Below, piece by piece: positions 9,453-18,889 of a stretch of 64,000 bases of DNA. Both the position numbers and the translations under genes were made by a program. This stretch comes from Candidatus Nanohaloarchaea archaeon (GTDB taxonomy: Archaea > Nanohalarchaeota > Nanosalinia > Nanosalinales > Nanosalinaceae): NCBI GenBank assembly GCA_013343275.1, contig CP046106.1, forward strand, positions 512,001 to 576,000, in the 5' to 3' direction. Within the stretch, counting starts at the first letter, position 1, and the number at the start of each line of letters is the position of its first letter. The notes below the pieces were generated by a model, which was not told where the DNA came from, did not search any database, and saw only the letters and a program-made list of their open reading frames with translations.

Positions 9453-10631
9453 ATGGGATACGGCAAACTCGCAAAAGGAATAAGTGAAGACGAGGCCCGA
9501 CGAAAGCTGGAGAAAGTGATGCCCAGCCAGGAGAGAAAGAAGAAATTCCACGGGGCCTCCCCGCCAAGCGTTTTCATCGGATCACACAACTATCCCAAGG
9601 TCAACACCGGTATCCTCTCACCACAGCACGTCGGCAGCTCGGAGATGATGGACTCGCCAGACAACTGGTACAGCGAGAACTACTCGATAGAGAAGATAGC
9701 CTCGTTGAGAACTTCTCTGGTCAACTCGAAAAAACAGCTGAAAGTACAGAACACCGACAACTTCGTAGACAATACCAGAGAGATCGCGATGGCCTCAGAT
9801 CCCGTTGACATCGAGGTAGAACTAGATAAAAAACCTGGCGCATCGATCAGCGGAGGCCGTGTCAAACCTGTTTCTGCCAGCGGCGACATCAAAGAGTTCC
9901 TGCTGGGAGAGAATCCCTCAGTTGAGAAACAGGTGGAGAAAAAGTTCTACGACACTGATGTGAAGGCCGAAACCGCGGTAGAAGAGTTGACAGATAAAGG
10001 AATCGATGTATACAAGATCCAGCAATCGCTTTCAACCGGGATGCTGGGCCAGGAAGACAACAGGAAACTTGTGCCTACGCGCTGGGGCATCACAGCTTCT
10101 GACGACATGGTATCGAAGAAGATCCGTTCGCAGGTGAAAAACTACCAGGAGCTGGGCGAAATCCGTTACTTCAATAACGAATACGTTGGGAACGATTTCC
10201 ACATTTTTCTGATTCCTGGTCGCTGGGAGTACGAGCTTATAGAGCTGAAAAGGCCTGGATCTGTCTGGAACGCTGCGGAAAACACCTATATTGCTCAGAA
10301 CTACGAGCCTTTCCAGGGCCGAACACAGTACGCCGATGAGACAGCAGGCGCCTTCTACGCTGCAAGGCTTGGTGCTCTAGAGTACCTCAACAGTATAAAC
10401 CGTCAGGCCAAAGTACTGATACTAAGAGATGTCAGCCCCGAGTACTGGGCGCCTCTAGGAGTCTGGGTGATCCGCGAAACCGTCCGAAACGGCTTCGATG
10501 AGTACCGAGAGATAGACTCCTTCCAGCAGGTCAAAAAGATGATTGGAAGCGAGTTCAAATTCCTGTACCACCGACTGAAGAACAAAAGCAAGATGCTTGG
10601 CTCCCGGCAGGCCTCCCTCTCAAACTTCTAA
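9453..10631 (+). CDS. nreA: Nre family DNA repair protein
   Basis: SPPSVFIG..NYP, KLVPTRWGITA, PLGVWVIRE and C-terminal PIP box QASLSNF. Confidence 0.9.
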   Translation: MGYGKLAKGISEDEARRKLEKVMPSQERKKKFHGASPPSVFIGSHNYPKVNTGILSPQHVGSSEMMDSPDNWYSENYSIEKIASLRTSLVNSKKQLKVQNTDNFVDNTREIAMASDPVDIEVELDKKPGASISGGRVKPVSASGDIKEFLLGENPSVEKQVEKKFYDTDVKAETAVEELTDKGIDVYKIQQSLSTGMLGQEDNRKLVPTRWGITASDDMVSKKIRSQVKNYQELGEIRYFNNEYVGNDFHIFLIPGRWEYELIELKRPGSVWNAAENTYIAQNYEPFQGRTQYADETAGAFYAARLGALEYLNSINRQAKVLILRDVSPEYWAPLGVWVIRETVRNGFDEYREIDSFQQVKKMIGSEFKFLYHRLKNKSKMLGSRQASLSNF

Positions 10632-10640
10632 AAGCAGTAT

Positions 10641-11579
10641 CTACTCTTTCTCCACGTTTTCAGCCTGTGTAAGATCGTTGTAGACCAGTAAGCTATAGTA
10701 CCTGAAGAATGTTACTGCTGGACCGTTCAGGAAGTAAACTATCCCTCCTACCCAGATCAATAGCCCTATAAGCACTGCTACCAGAGCCAGAGGCTTGAAA
10801 ATAAGATACATCACAAACGCCAACAGGCCTACAGGTATTATCAGCAGTAAGACAAAGAGTAACGAGGCCGTACCTATTGCTATCTGAACCATAAGTCCTA
10901 TGACCATTTTAACTACGAAGTAGAGGCCTAGCTGTCTCCACTCATCGATGGCTACTTGGTAGAGATCTCTCCAGGATGCGATAACTCCCTGCTCCTTCTC
11001 TATCATGAATAACGGGATGAAGTCAGCTGTAAACTGGAAGAAAACCACCGCTGCAATCACAAACACTACTGCAAGCGGCAAAGTGACGATAAGCGATAGC
11101 GGTGTTATTGCCAGAGGCAGTACAAGTAATCCTGCCGCTGCGATAAATGCAATTATTACGGCGATTTCAAAGGTAAATAGATGGAGCCCGTTGAATAAAT
11201 GCTTTCTGAAGTTCTCTCTAATACGGATTTCGTCGTCGAGAAGGGATTGATAGTATACAAAGCTGAATACTGCTTTCAAAAGACCGAAGACCAGGCCTAT
11301 ACCTATAGCAGCTGCCAGAGCAATTAAGATAATGGCCGCTGTGCTGAATCCATAGATACCGGACTGGCCAATATCAGATCCGGAAATTATATCCTGACCT
11401 GCGTCAAAATCATCTGAGTCAGAGAAACTGCCTCCAGGAGATGCACCGGGAAAAGCCACTCCGCCGACAAAGAAGGCCATAACTGCGATCTTAGCCCATA
11501 GCTTCCAGTCAAAAGGTAGCAGAAGCTCTCGAGTTCTTTTCGCTGCCTCCTCGATCTCCTGGAGCGCATACCATGCCAT
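10641..11579 (-). CDS. Conserved multi-pass membrane protein of haloarchaeal type
   Basis: Several hydrophobic segments; N-terminus MAWYAL...LLPFDWKLW..IAVMAFFVGG. Confidence 0.8.
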   Translation of the reverse strand: MAWYALQEIEEAAKRTRELLLPFDWKLWAKIAVMAFFVGGVAFPGASPGGSFSDSDDFDAGQDIISGSDIGQSGIYGFSTAAIILIALAAAIGIGLVFGLLKAVFSFVYYQSLLDDEIRIRENFRKHLFNGLHLFTFEIAVIIAFIAAAGLLVLPLAITPLSLIVTLPLAVVFVIAAVVFFQFTADFIPLFMIEKEQGVIASWRDLYQVAIDEWRQLGLYFVVKMVIGLMVQIAIGTASLLFVLLLIIPVGLLAFVMYLIFKPLALVAVLIGLLIWVGGIVYFLNGPAVTFFRYYSLLVYNDLTQAENVEKE

Positions 11580-11662
11580 GTTAGAACTAATAGGTAGACT
11601 ATGTTAAAACATTTTCTGCTGGCTGAAAGCCCTTAAATCAGTCAGCATCCCTCCAGTAATAC

Positions 11663-13504
11663 ATGGATCTTTTCCCATTCGAGCAAGTAAGGGACCGCCA
11701 GGACGAACTGGTAGAGGCCTCGGAACAGGCACTTGAAGATGAAAGCAATCTCGTAGCCCACGCACCGACGGGCCTCGGAAAGACAGCAGCAACAGTAACA
11801 CCTGCAATCGAGAAAGCACGCGAACAGGACAAGAAAGTATTCTTCCTCACACCACGGCACAGCCAGCACCAGATAGCGCTCGAAACAGTAAGAAAAATGA
11901 ACGAAAGGCACGGAGAAAATATAATTTCAGTAGACCTCATCGGGAAAGACCATCTATGTGAGGCCGACATCTCTACACGCGGAGGAGAAGGCCCGGACTG
12001 CCCACGCCACGACAACACCTTCAAAGACAACCATGAACTAACGACCCAGGCCCAGAGAAAACTGAAAGAGGTCAAACACCAGAATCTTTCAGCTGGAGAG
12101 ATGAAACAGGCCTGCGATAAAGTATGTGCCTACTCTCTTTCAATGCAACTGGCAGCTGACGCCGACCTGGTAATTGCAGACTACTTCCACATCTTCCATC
12201 CCGGAGTCCGCGAGGCCGTACTTGAAAACGCAGATATCAACCTGGAGGACTGTATACTTATCGTAGACGAGGCCCACAACATGCCTTCTCGGACCCGTTC
12301 GCTGTTTACATACTCTCTTTCGATGCCGAATATCAAGCGTGCGATCACAGAGGCAGAGACATTCGGCTACTACTCGGAACAGGAGAACCTTGACCAGTTG
12401 AAACGTGTTGTTTCGCGGATGGCAAACGAAAAGCTCTCCCAGACCGAACAGGACTCTACAATGAAGAAAGACGACCTGGTCGATAGCATCGACAACTTCC
12501 ACGACTACGAGGATATGGTCAAGGATATGGAGAATGTCGCAGAAGAAGTCGAGGAGGAACAGGAACGTAGCTACTGCGCGCAGATCGCAGAGTTCCTCAG
12601 GGCCTGGGAAGAAGGAGAAGACAACGGCTTCGTCCGCGTCATCAAAAGAGAGTACTCTCAGGGCAGTCAGACACTGAAAATCAAGTACTCATGTCTGGAT
12701 CCACAGATCTCAAGCAAGAAACCTCTGAACAAGGCCCACTCCTCGATCCTGATGTCAGCAACACTGACACCTCAGGAGATGTACGTACAGCTACTGGGCC
12801 TGGAAGAAGATAAGACTGAGACTAGAGCTTTTAAGTCGCCGTTCCCGGAGGAGAACGAGCTGGATCTTGTTATACCTACGTTGACAACAAAGTACGAGGA
12901 GCGAGGAGACTCTATGTGGCAGAAATACGCATGGTATCTGTCCAAATCCTTTGAGGCAGTTGACGGCAACTGTGGGGTTTTCTTCCCGAGCTACGCCATG
13001 ATGAACAAGGTCAAACCTCTGATAGAGGAGCACAGCGACAGGAAAATATTTATCGAGGAGAGGAAAGCAGACAAGGATGAGAAGCAGGACCTTCTGGACA
13101 AGTTCGCGGACAGGAAAGAAGCCGGCGACTCCGTGCTTCTTGGAGTAGCAGCAGGATCTTTCGGAGAAGGAGTGGACTTCCCGGGCGAAGTCCTGAAAGC
13201 AGTTTTTATAGTAGGCCTTCCATTGCAGCGGCCTGACCTTGAGACCAAGGAGCTGATAGATTTCTACGACGAGAAATTCGGAAAAGGATGGGACTATGGA
13301 TACAGCTATCCCGCCATGAACCGGGCGATACAGGCCGCAGGAAGATGTATACGTTCCTCAACAGACGAAGGCGTGATCGTTTACATGGATGAGCGGTATG
13401 AGTGGAGTAACTACCGGAAGGTCTTCCCTGACGACAAGAAACTTGTATCAACACGCGCACCATGGAAAGAGATAAACGAATTCTTCAGCAAAAACAGAAA
13501 CTAG
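11663..13504 (+). CDS. xpd: XPD/Rad3-family Fe-S DNA helicase
   Basis: APTGLGKT, DEAH, SATL, EGVDFPG, QAAGRCIRS; four Cys in the Fe-S region. Confidence 0.92.
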   Translation: MDLFPFEQVRDRQDELVEASEQALEDESNLVAHAPTGLGKTAATVTPAIEKAREQDKKVFFLTPRHSQHQIALETVRKMNERHGENIISVDLIGKDHLCEADISTRGGEGPDCPRHDNTFKDNHELTTQAQRKLKEVKHQNLSAGEMKQACDKVCAYSLSMQLAADADLVIADYFHIFHPGVREAVLENADINLEDCILIVDEAHNMPSRTRSLFTYSLSMPNIKRAITEAETFGYYSEQENLDQLKRVVSRMANEKLSQTEQDSTMKKDDLVDSIDNFHDYEDMVKDMENVAEEVEEEQERSYCAQIAEFLRAWEEGEDNGFVRVIKREYSQGSQTLKIKYSCLDPQISSKKPLNKAHSSILMSATLTPQEMYVQLLGLEEDKTETRAFKSPFPEENELDLVIPTLTTKYEERGDSMWQKYAWYLSKSFEAVDGNCGVFFPSYAMMNKVKPLIEEHSDRKIFIEERKADKDEKQDLLDKFADRKEAGDSVLLGVAAGSFGEGVDFPGEVLKAVFIVGLPLQRPDLETKELIDFYDEKFGKGWDYGYSYPAMNRAIQAAGRCIRSSTDEGVIVYMDERYEWSNYRKVFPDDKKLVSTRAPWKEINEFFSKNRN

Positions 13505-13887
13505 AAAGGTGCGGAAAACTCCATCTCATAGACAGTAAGGCCAGCAACATCTTTCTCCCTTAACTCTGTATCAATAGCTTCATCAAGACTCTGCATAACC
13601 TCAGGCCATCTATCGCCCTCAAACTGGAAAACAGCTCTACGAGAAGTCCCGGAAAGAATTTCTTGGTCGCTGTTGACCGGTCCAGCGAGACTGAAATCAA
13701 AGTAAAGATCATCCAGCTCGTATTCATAACCAGACTCAATCTCGGATCTATCAGAATTCAGAACTCTGTATTCAGGCCTTCCATCCAGAGAATCCAGGAT
13801 ATACTCGTTTACAGCTGCGGCCATCTCATCGATATCATTTCTCCACAGCTCCTCCACCGAGTACTTCGTGTCAACAACCTGGGTCAT
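13501..13887 (-). CDS. Acidic hypothetical protein
   Basis: 128 aa acidic ORF; stop overlaps the helicase stop (CTAG). Confidence 0.7.
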   Translation of the reverse strand: MTQVVDTKYSVEELWRNDIDEMAAAVNEYILDSLDGRPEYRVLNSDRSEIESGYEYELDDLYFDFSLAGPVNSDQEILSGTSRRAVFQFEGDRWPEVMQSLDEAIDTELREKDVAGLTVYEMEFSAPF

Positions 13888-13968
13888 ACAAAGAGAATAA
13901 CCGCAAAAAGATTAAACACCTCGCAAAAACTTGAAGCTGTAATAAATCTATCCTGACAAAGAACAAAC

Positions 13969-14361
13969 ATGACGAAAGTAATGGCCCAGGGAACATTCGA
14001 CATCCTCCATCCAGGCCACCTGCACTACCTGCAGAAATCAGCAGAGCTAGGAGAAAACCTGGTAGTAGTAATAGCAAGAGACTCACGCGTAGAAGACAAA
14101 GGCCTGCATTTCACCGAAGAGGAGAGGAGGGAGATGGTTAACGCCCTGAAACCTGTAGACAAGGCCATTCTTGGAAGCGAAGGAGATATCTACTCCACTG
14201 TACAGCAAGTCGATCCCGATACAATAACACTTGGCTACGACCAGGATCACAGCGAGGAAGAAGTCAGAGAAATGGCAGAAAAAGCTACAGGCCACGAAGT
14301 AAAAGTTAAAAGAATTTCAGGCCTTGAAGATTACTCCTCCAGCAACATCAGGGACTCCTAG
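13969..14361 (+). CDS. ribL: FAD synthase (cytidyltransferase-like)
   Basis: GTFDILHPGH, LGYDQ, SSS motifs. Confidence 0.85.
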   Translation: MTKVMAQGTFDILHPGHLHYLQKSAELGENLVVVIARDSRVEDKGLHFTEEERREMVNALKPVDKAILGSEGDIYSTVQQVDPDTITLGYDQDHSEEEVREMAEKATGHEVKVKRISGLEDYSSSNIRDS

Positions 14362-14708
14362 AAACTCTCGACTTCCCTGTATATAGCCTTGTAGATCGCT
14401 TCAGTGAAATTCTCATACTCTTCAGATCTTTCCTCTGGCCTTATCGTGAAACCTGTTCCATAATTTTCTGAGAGAACAGGAGCAACTTCGAAACCTAATA
14501 TCTTATCCTGAAGATCTCTATTTTCAAGTACGTAACCAGTATATCCTTCCGAAAGAGACTCTGTCTTCTCCAGGCCTGTATTAAGGCCTTCTATTTCACC
14601 GTAGATATCCGCTGCTTCTTCCAAGATTTCTTCTATCCAGAATTCTTCGCTACCCTCCAAATGAGAGGTCTCCAGCATCTGGCCATAAGTACTTTCCTCT
14701 ACTGACAT
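14358..14708 (-). CDS. Acidic hypothetical protein
   Basis: 116 aa acidic ORF; convergent CTAG overlap. Confidence 0.7.
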   Translation of the reverse strand: MSVEESTYGQMLETSHLEGSEEFWIEEILEEAADIYGEIEGLNTGLEKTESLSEGYTGYVLENRDLQDKILGFEVAPVLSENYGTGFTIRPEERSEEYENFTEAIYKAIYREVESF

Positions 14709-14764
14709 TTTCGGCAGTTATACACATCAAGAAGGCTGCATTTAAAATATCAGGATTTAAAGAT

Positions 14765-14778
14765 TTAGGCCCACCTAA
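14765..14778. promoter_or_regulatory. DtxR/SirR-like palindromic operator before sufB
   Basis: TTAGG-CCCA-CCTAA between TATA-like TTTAAA and the ATG; near-identical copy before sufC. Confidence 0.7.
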
Positions 14779-14785
14779 CTTTACT

Positions 14786-16186
14786 ATGAGCGAAGAGGAA
14801 ATCCAGAAGAACCAGGAGAAATTCGACCACATAACAGACGCAGAAATCAGCTACGACTCCGGAAAAGGCCTTTCAGAGGAAACAGTCCGGAAGATCTCCG
14901 AGGAGAAAGATGAGCCAGAATGGATGCTGAAAAAGCGTTTACAGGCCTACGACCACTTCAAGAGGAGGCCTATGCCAGACTGGGGTCCAGACCTTTCCGA
15001 TCTTGATTTCTCCGAGATCACTCCTTTCATGGTTGCAGAAGGAGACCAAGCTGACTCATGGGAAGACGTACCTGACGAAATCAAAGATACTTTCGACAAG
15101 CTCGGCATTCCTGAGGCCGAGAAAGAAGCACTTTCCGGCGTTGGAGCTCAGTACGAGTCCGAAGTTGTCTACCAGAATATGAAAGAGGAATGGGAGGAGA
15201 AAGGCGTTATCTTCTGCGACATGGACGAAGCAGTCCAGGAACACGAAGATCTAGTTAAAGAATACTTCATGAACAAATGTGTCCCACCGCAAGACAATAA
15301 ATTTGCGGCCCTACACGGCGCAGTATGGTCAGGAGGATCATTCGTCTACGTTCCAGAAGGCGTAGAAGTCGAGATACCGGTACAGGCCTACTTCAGGATG
15401 AACTCCAAAGGAATGGGGCAGTTCGAACATACTTTGATCATCGCGGAGAAGAACTCTAAGGTTCACTATATTGAAGGATGTTCCGCGCCGCAATATACCA
15501 GAAACAATCTACACTCCGGCTGTGTGGAGGTTTTCGTAGGTGAAGATGCTCACGTGCAGTACTCGACCGTCCAGAACTGGTCCAAGAACACGTACAATCT
15601 GAACACGAAAAGAGCAAAGGTCCAGTCCAACGGAACCATGGAATGGGTCTCCGGAAGTATGGGATCGAAAGTCACGATGCTTTACCCTTCCAGCCATCTA
15701 AACGGAGAAGGTGCACGCGCAAACCACATCTCCATCGCATATGCCGGAGATGACCAGGATATCGATACAGGTGCCAAAGTAGTACACAATGCGGAAAACA
15801 CCAAATCGACGATCGAATCCAAGTCTATCTCACAGGGAAGCGGGAGAACAAACTATAGAGGCCTTGTAAGAGTGTCTGAAGGAGCATCAGGCTCAAAAAC
15901 AAGTATCGAATGTGACGCACTGATGTTCGACGAAGAAGCAACCTCCGATACAGAACCATACATAGAACTGAAGGAAGACGACGTAGAAGTCGCCCACGAA
16001 GCTACAGTCGGAAAGATCGGCGACGAAGAGATCCATTACATGATGTCGAGAGGAATCGAGGAAGAGGAGGCCAAGGAGATGATCGTGAGAGGATTCATCG
16101 AACCTATCGCAAAAGAACTACCTCTTGAATACGCAGTCGAGTTGAACAGGTTAATTCAACTCGAAATGGAGGGCTCTCTAGGCTAG
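14786..16186 (+). CDS. sufB: Fe-S cluster assembly protein SufB
   Basis: GQFEHTLII, YIEGCSAP, LHSG, QNWS, HEATVGKI. Confidence 0.97.
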   Translation: MSEEEIQKNQEKFDHITDAEISYDSGKGLSEETVRKISEEKDEPEWMLKKRLQAYDHFKRRPMPDWGPDLSDLDFSEITPFMVAEGDQADSWEDVPDEIKDTFDKLGIPEAEKEALSGVGAQYESEVVYQNMKEEWEEKGVIFCDMDEAVQEHEDLVKEYFMNKCVPPQDNKFAALHGAVWSGGSFVYVPEGVEVEIPVQAYFRMNSKGMGQFEHTLIIAEKNSKVHYIEGCSAPQYTRNNLHSGCVEVFVGEDAHVQYSTVQNWSKNTYNLNTKRAKVQSNGTMEWVSGSMGSKVTMLYPSSHLNGEGARANHISIAYAGDDQDIDTGAKVVHNAENTKSTIESKSISQGSGRTNYRGLVRVSEGASGSKTSIECDALMFDEEATSDTEPYIELKEDDVEVAHEATVGKIGDEEIHYMMSRGIEEEEAKEMIVRGFIEPIAKELPLEYAVELNRLIQLEMEGSLG

Positions 16187-16195
16187 GTGATAACA

Positions 16196-17272
16196 GTGAA
16201 ATTAGAAAAAGTAAGAAAAGACGCTTCAGAGAAGATCGAAGAACTGGATAACCCGGAATCCATCAGAACACCCGGCAGAACATGGACCAGATATCCAGAA
16301 GTTTCACCGGAAGAAAGCGAGGTAGAACCCGGAATTGAGACAGAAGGAGAAGTAAAAGTTCTTCAGGGCGGAAAAGCAGTAAGTGAAGCGGGAGAAAAAC
16401 TTTTTGATGCAGTAAAATTCGATGAAGACAAACTTACAGCAGTTCATGCCGCCAATCTAAACTCTGTAATCTACATCAGGTCTGAAGGAGAGGCAGAAGT
16501 AAAGATAACTTACGAAGACGAAGCCGATACATTCGCACACGTCGTAGTAGACGCAGAGAAAAACTCGGAACTAACTTTAACTGAAGAATTCAGGAATAAA
16601 GGCCTTCTCACATCGATCAACGAAGTATACGTTGGAGAAAACGCCACAGTAAATTACGGCGCAGTAGAGGCCTCGGATTCCGAACTAACTTACTCTAGAA
16701 GAAAGGCTGTCGTCGGAGATTACGGAACCATAAACTGGTTGAACTCTCAGTTTACTGGAGATCTAAAGAGGACGAAGATAGAAACAGTTCTGAAAGGCGA
16801 CGGCTCGGAGACTGAAAAATTAGCTGTCTGGTATCCGACAGGCGAACAGCACAACGACATCTCAATGCATGCCTACCATTACGGAGAGAATACACGGTGT
16901 CAGATGGACTCTCGTGCAGTAGTAGACGACGAAGCACGTTCAGTTTACGAAGGCCTTCAGCACGTCGGCGATCGCGCAGACGAGACCCAGAGCTTCCAGG
17001 ACGAATCAGTTCTTATGCTGAGCGACAAATGTGAAGTCGATGCCTCGCCAAAACTGATGATCAACGATCCTAACGTAGAGGCCTCACACGCAGCAAGCGC
17101 CGGAAATCTTCCGGAAAAGGAGCTGCATTATCTAAAGTCTAGAGGCCTTACAGAGGATCAGGCCCGGAGACTGATCGTTAAAGGTTACTTTGAGCCTGTA
17201 ATTGGAGACATTTCGCTTCCAGAGTTGAAGGAAAGTATCCGTGAGGAAGTAACGAAGAAACTGGCCAAATAA
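16196..17272 (+). CDS. sufD: Fe-S cluster assembly protein SufD
   Basis: PKLMINDPNVEASHAAS, YLKSRGL; SD AGGTGAT before GTG at 16196. Confidence 0.92.
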   Translation: MKLEKVRKDASEKIEELDNPESIRTPGRTWTRYPEVSPEESEVEPGIETEGEVKVLQGGKAVSEAGEKLFDAVKFDEDKLTAVHAANLNSVIYIRSEGEAEVKITYEDEADTFAHVVVDAEKNSELTLTEEFRNKGLLTSINEVYVGENATVNYGAVEASDSELTYSRRKAVVGDYGTINWLNSQFTGDLKRTKIETVLKGDGSETEKLAVWYPTGEQHNDISMHAYHYGENTRCQMDSRAVVDDEARSVYEGLQHVGDRADETQSFQDESVLMLSDKCEVDASPKLMINDPNVEASHAASAGNLPEKELHYLKSRGLTEDQARRLIVKGYFEPVIGDISLPELKESIREEVTKKLAK

Positions 17273-17327
17273 AAGGCCTTTAACTTCTATCTTTGGTTTT
17301 TTGTAAAATTTCTTCTAGAGATTTGGA

Positions 17328-17369
17328 GTAAAGTATGCTTTACATTTTTAAATGTCAAGGGCACTTTAC
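17328..17369. promoter_or_regulatory. Two tandem palindromic operators flanking a TATA box
   Basis: GTAAAG-TATG-CTTTAC (17328-17343) and GTCAAG-GGCA-CTTTAC (17354-17369) around TTTTTAAA. Confidence 0.65.
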
Positions 17370-17391
17370 ATTCTGTGATCAGGTGTTTACA

Positions 17392-17802
17392 ATGAAACTA
17401 CAGGACTACGGCCTGATGTCTTTCAGGGCCTCGGCAATCTACTTCATGATTATCCAGGGATTCGGATTCCTGCTCAGACTAAATTATTCAGCCTTCCAGC
17501 TTTTCGGAGTCTCGACTATAGGCGTGATACTGTTCAATATCTGGGCCTTGATCGACTCCCACTACGATCTGCCTCGGCGTTTCTCAGGCTGTGGCGCACA
17601 CGGCCTCATGGACGAACGGGAGATGGAAGTAGCAACAACATCCGCAGCATACGGATTTATAGCCTCGATCTTCGCAGCATCGATCAATCAAGGACAAATC
17701 TATGCATTAACACAGAACCAGATCGCCCAGATCGGATTCGCAGCATTCCTCACACTATTCCTCGGAAAAACAGCTCACCAGAGATTCGGAGGAAAAATCT
17801 AG
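17392..17802 (+). CDS. Small membrane protein with DER motif (DUF2178-like), paralog 1
   Basis: About 4 TM helices; MDEREMEVATTSAAYGF; SD AGGTG before ATG 17392. Confidence 0.75.
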   Translation: MKLQDYGLMSFRASAIYFMIIQGFGFLLRLNYSAFQLFGVSTIGVILFNIWALIDSHYDLPRRFSGCGAHGLMDEREMEVATTSAAYGFIASIFAASINQGQIYALTQNQIAQIGFAAFLTLFLGKTAHQRFGGKI

Positions 17803-18242
17803 TGAACCTGAGAGATAAAGGCCTGATATCTGTAAAACACAACTTCCTGATCTTTATCGCAGCATTGACAGGCCAGATAATCGCTGAACAATACTTTATA
17901 GCGCCGGAAAGCGGTGTCAGCATAGTAACAGCTCTGGCAGCAGTAATCGGGTTCAACATCGGAAACATAATTATGAAAAAGGCCTCCTCAGGCCAGCAGT
18001 ACGATGAGAGGAACTACAGAAACCTGGATGAAGGCCTTGCATGAGGATTCATCGTCGCGGCCTCGATGCTCGGCGTGGATCTCGCCACAGGTTTTTCCTG
18101 GAGTAAACCGGAGATTCTGATTGTATCAGCGTCGGTTGCAGTCCTTGTAATGATCTGCAGGAACTTCCGGCAGACAGAAGGCCTCTGGAAGAAATTCATT
18201 AACGGCTGGAAGCAAAGAATAAGAGGTGAAGCCAGTGAATAG
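17802..18242 (+). pseudogene. DUF2178-like paralog 2 interrupted by in-frame TGA (18042-18044)
   Basis: Frame continues after TGA as GFIVAASMLGVDLATGFSW...GEASE* to 18242; the TGA aligns with W/Y in the neighbouring paralogs. Confidence 0.75.
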
Positions 18243-18624
18243 AGAAGGCCTTTTACCAGCGCGGATGACGGCGATGTGGTTTACGGTTACCGCGGTATGG
18301 CTGTCGATAATGAACGGAGAGCACAGTCTCGGCCTTGAGCTGGTACATCTTTTCGGCGGGAGCCTTCTTGTAGCTGTACTCGTAAATATCTGGAACATTC
18401 GCAGAGAACAGCCTGTTATGGATGAACGGAAGCAACGGCTGGTGACGAACGCGATGGCGTGGGCCTTTGTGGTTATTGCTGTCGGTTTGCTGGTGGCTTC
18501 CAAGATGGCGAACCAGCCTTTTGATGCGATGACGGATCTGCTGGAGTTCGGTTTCTGGACCTGGCTGATCGTGATATCGGGAACGATGCTCTGGCAGAAG
18601 TACGGGCGGAGTGAAGGCCTGTAA
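18235..18624 (+). CDS. Small membrane protein with DER motif (DUF2178-like), paralog 3
   Basis: VMDERKQRLVTNAMAWAF; SD GAGGTGA before GTG 18235. Confidence 0.78.
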   Translation: MNREGLLPARMTAMWFTVTAVWLSIMNGEHSLGLELVHLFGGSLLVAVLVNIWNIRREQPVMDERKQRLVTNAMAWAFVVIAVGLLVASKMANQPFDAMTDLLEFGFWTWLIVISGTMLWQKYGRSEGL

Positions 18625-18650
18625 ATACTTTCGCCTTCAAAGTGAGTGTT

Positions 18651-18863
18651 ATGGGAATTAAAAATCAACTGAAAGAGTACAGGGCAGAACAGGATATTAC
18701 ACAGGCCCAGCTGGCAGAACAGGTGAATGTTTCCCGGCAGACAATCAACGCGATCGAGACCGGGAAGTACGATCCGAGCCTGGAACTGGCCCTGAAGATC
18801 GCCGATTTTTTCGATACTGAAGTAGAGAGGATTTTCTCTCTAGCACAAAGAACCAAAGATTGA
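18651..18863 (+). CDS. XRE/HTH_3 transcriptional regulator
   Basis: TQAQLAEQVNVSRQTINAIETGKYDPSLELALKIA. Confidence 0.95.
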   Translation: MGIKNQLKEYRAEQDITQAQLAEQVNVSRQTINAIETGKYDPSLELALKIADFFDTEVERIFSLAQRTKD

Positions 18864-18889
18864 AATCTAGAGGCGAGAAAAACTTTTTC

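Noticed and set aside
9453-9560. NreA lacking an N-terminal Cys4 zinc finger
   Set aside because: As I recall, haloarchaeal NreA proteins also lack it, so it is not distinctive.
18042-18044. Genome-wide TGA recoding or selenocysteine
   Set aside because: TGA ends many intact genes here (rpl44e, nop10, eno), the aligned residue is W/Y rather than C, and no SECIS is evident.
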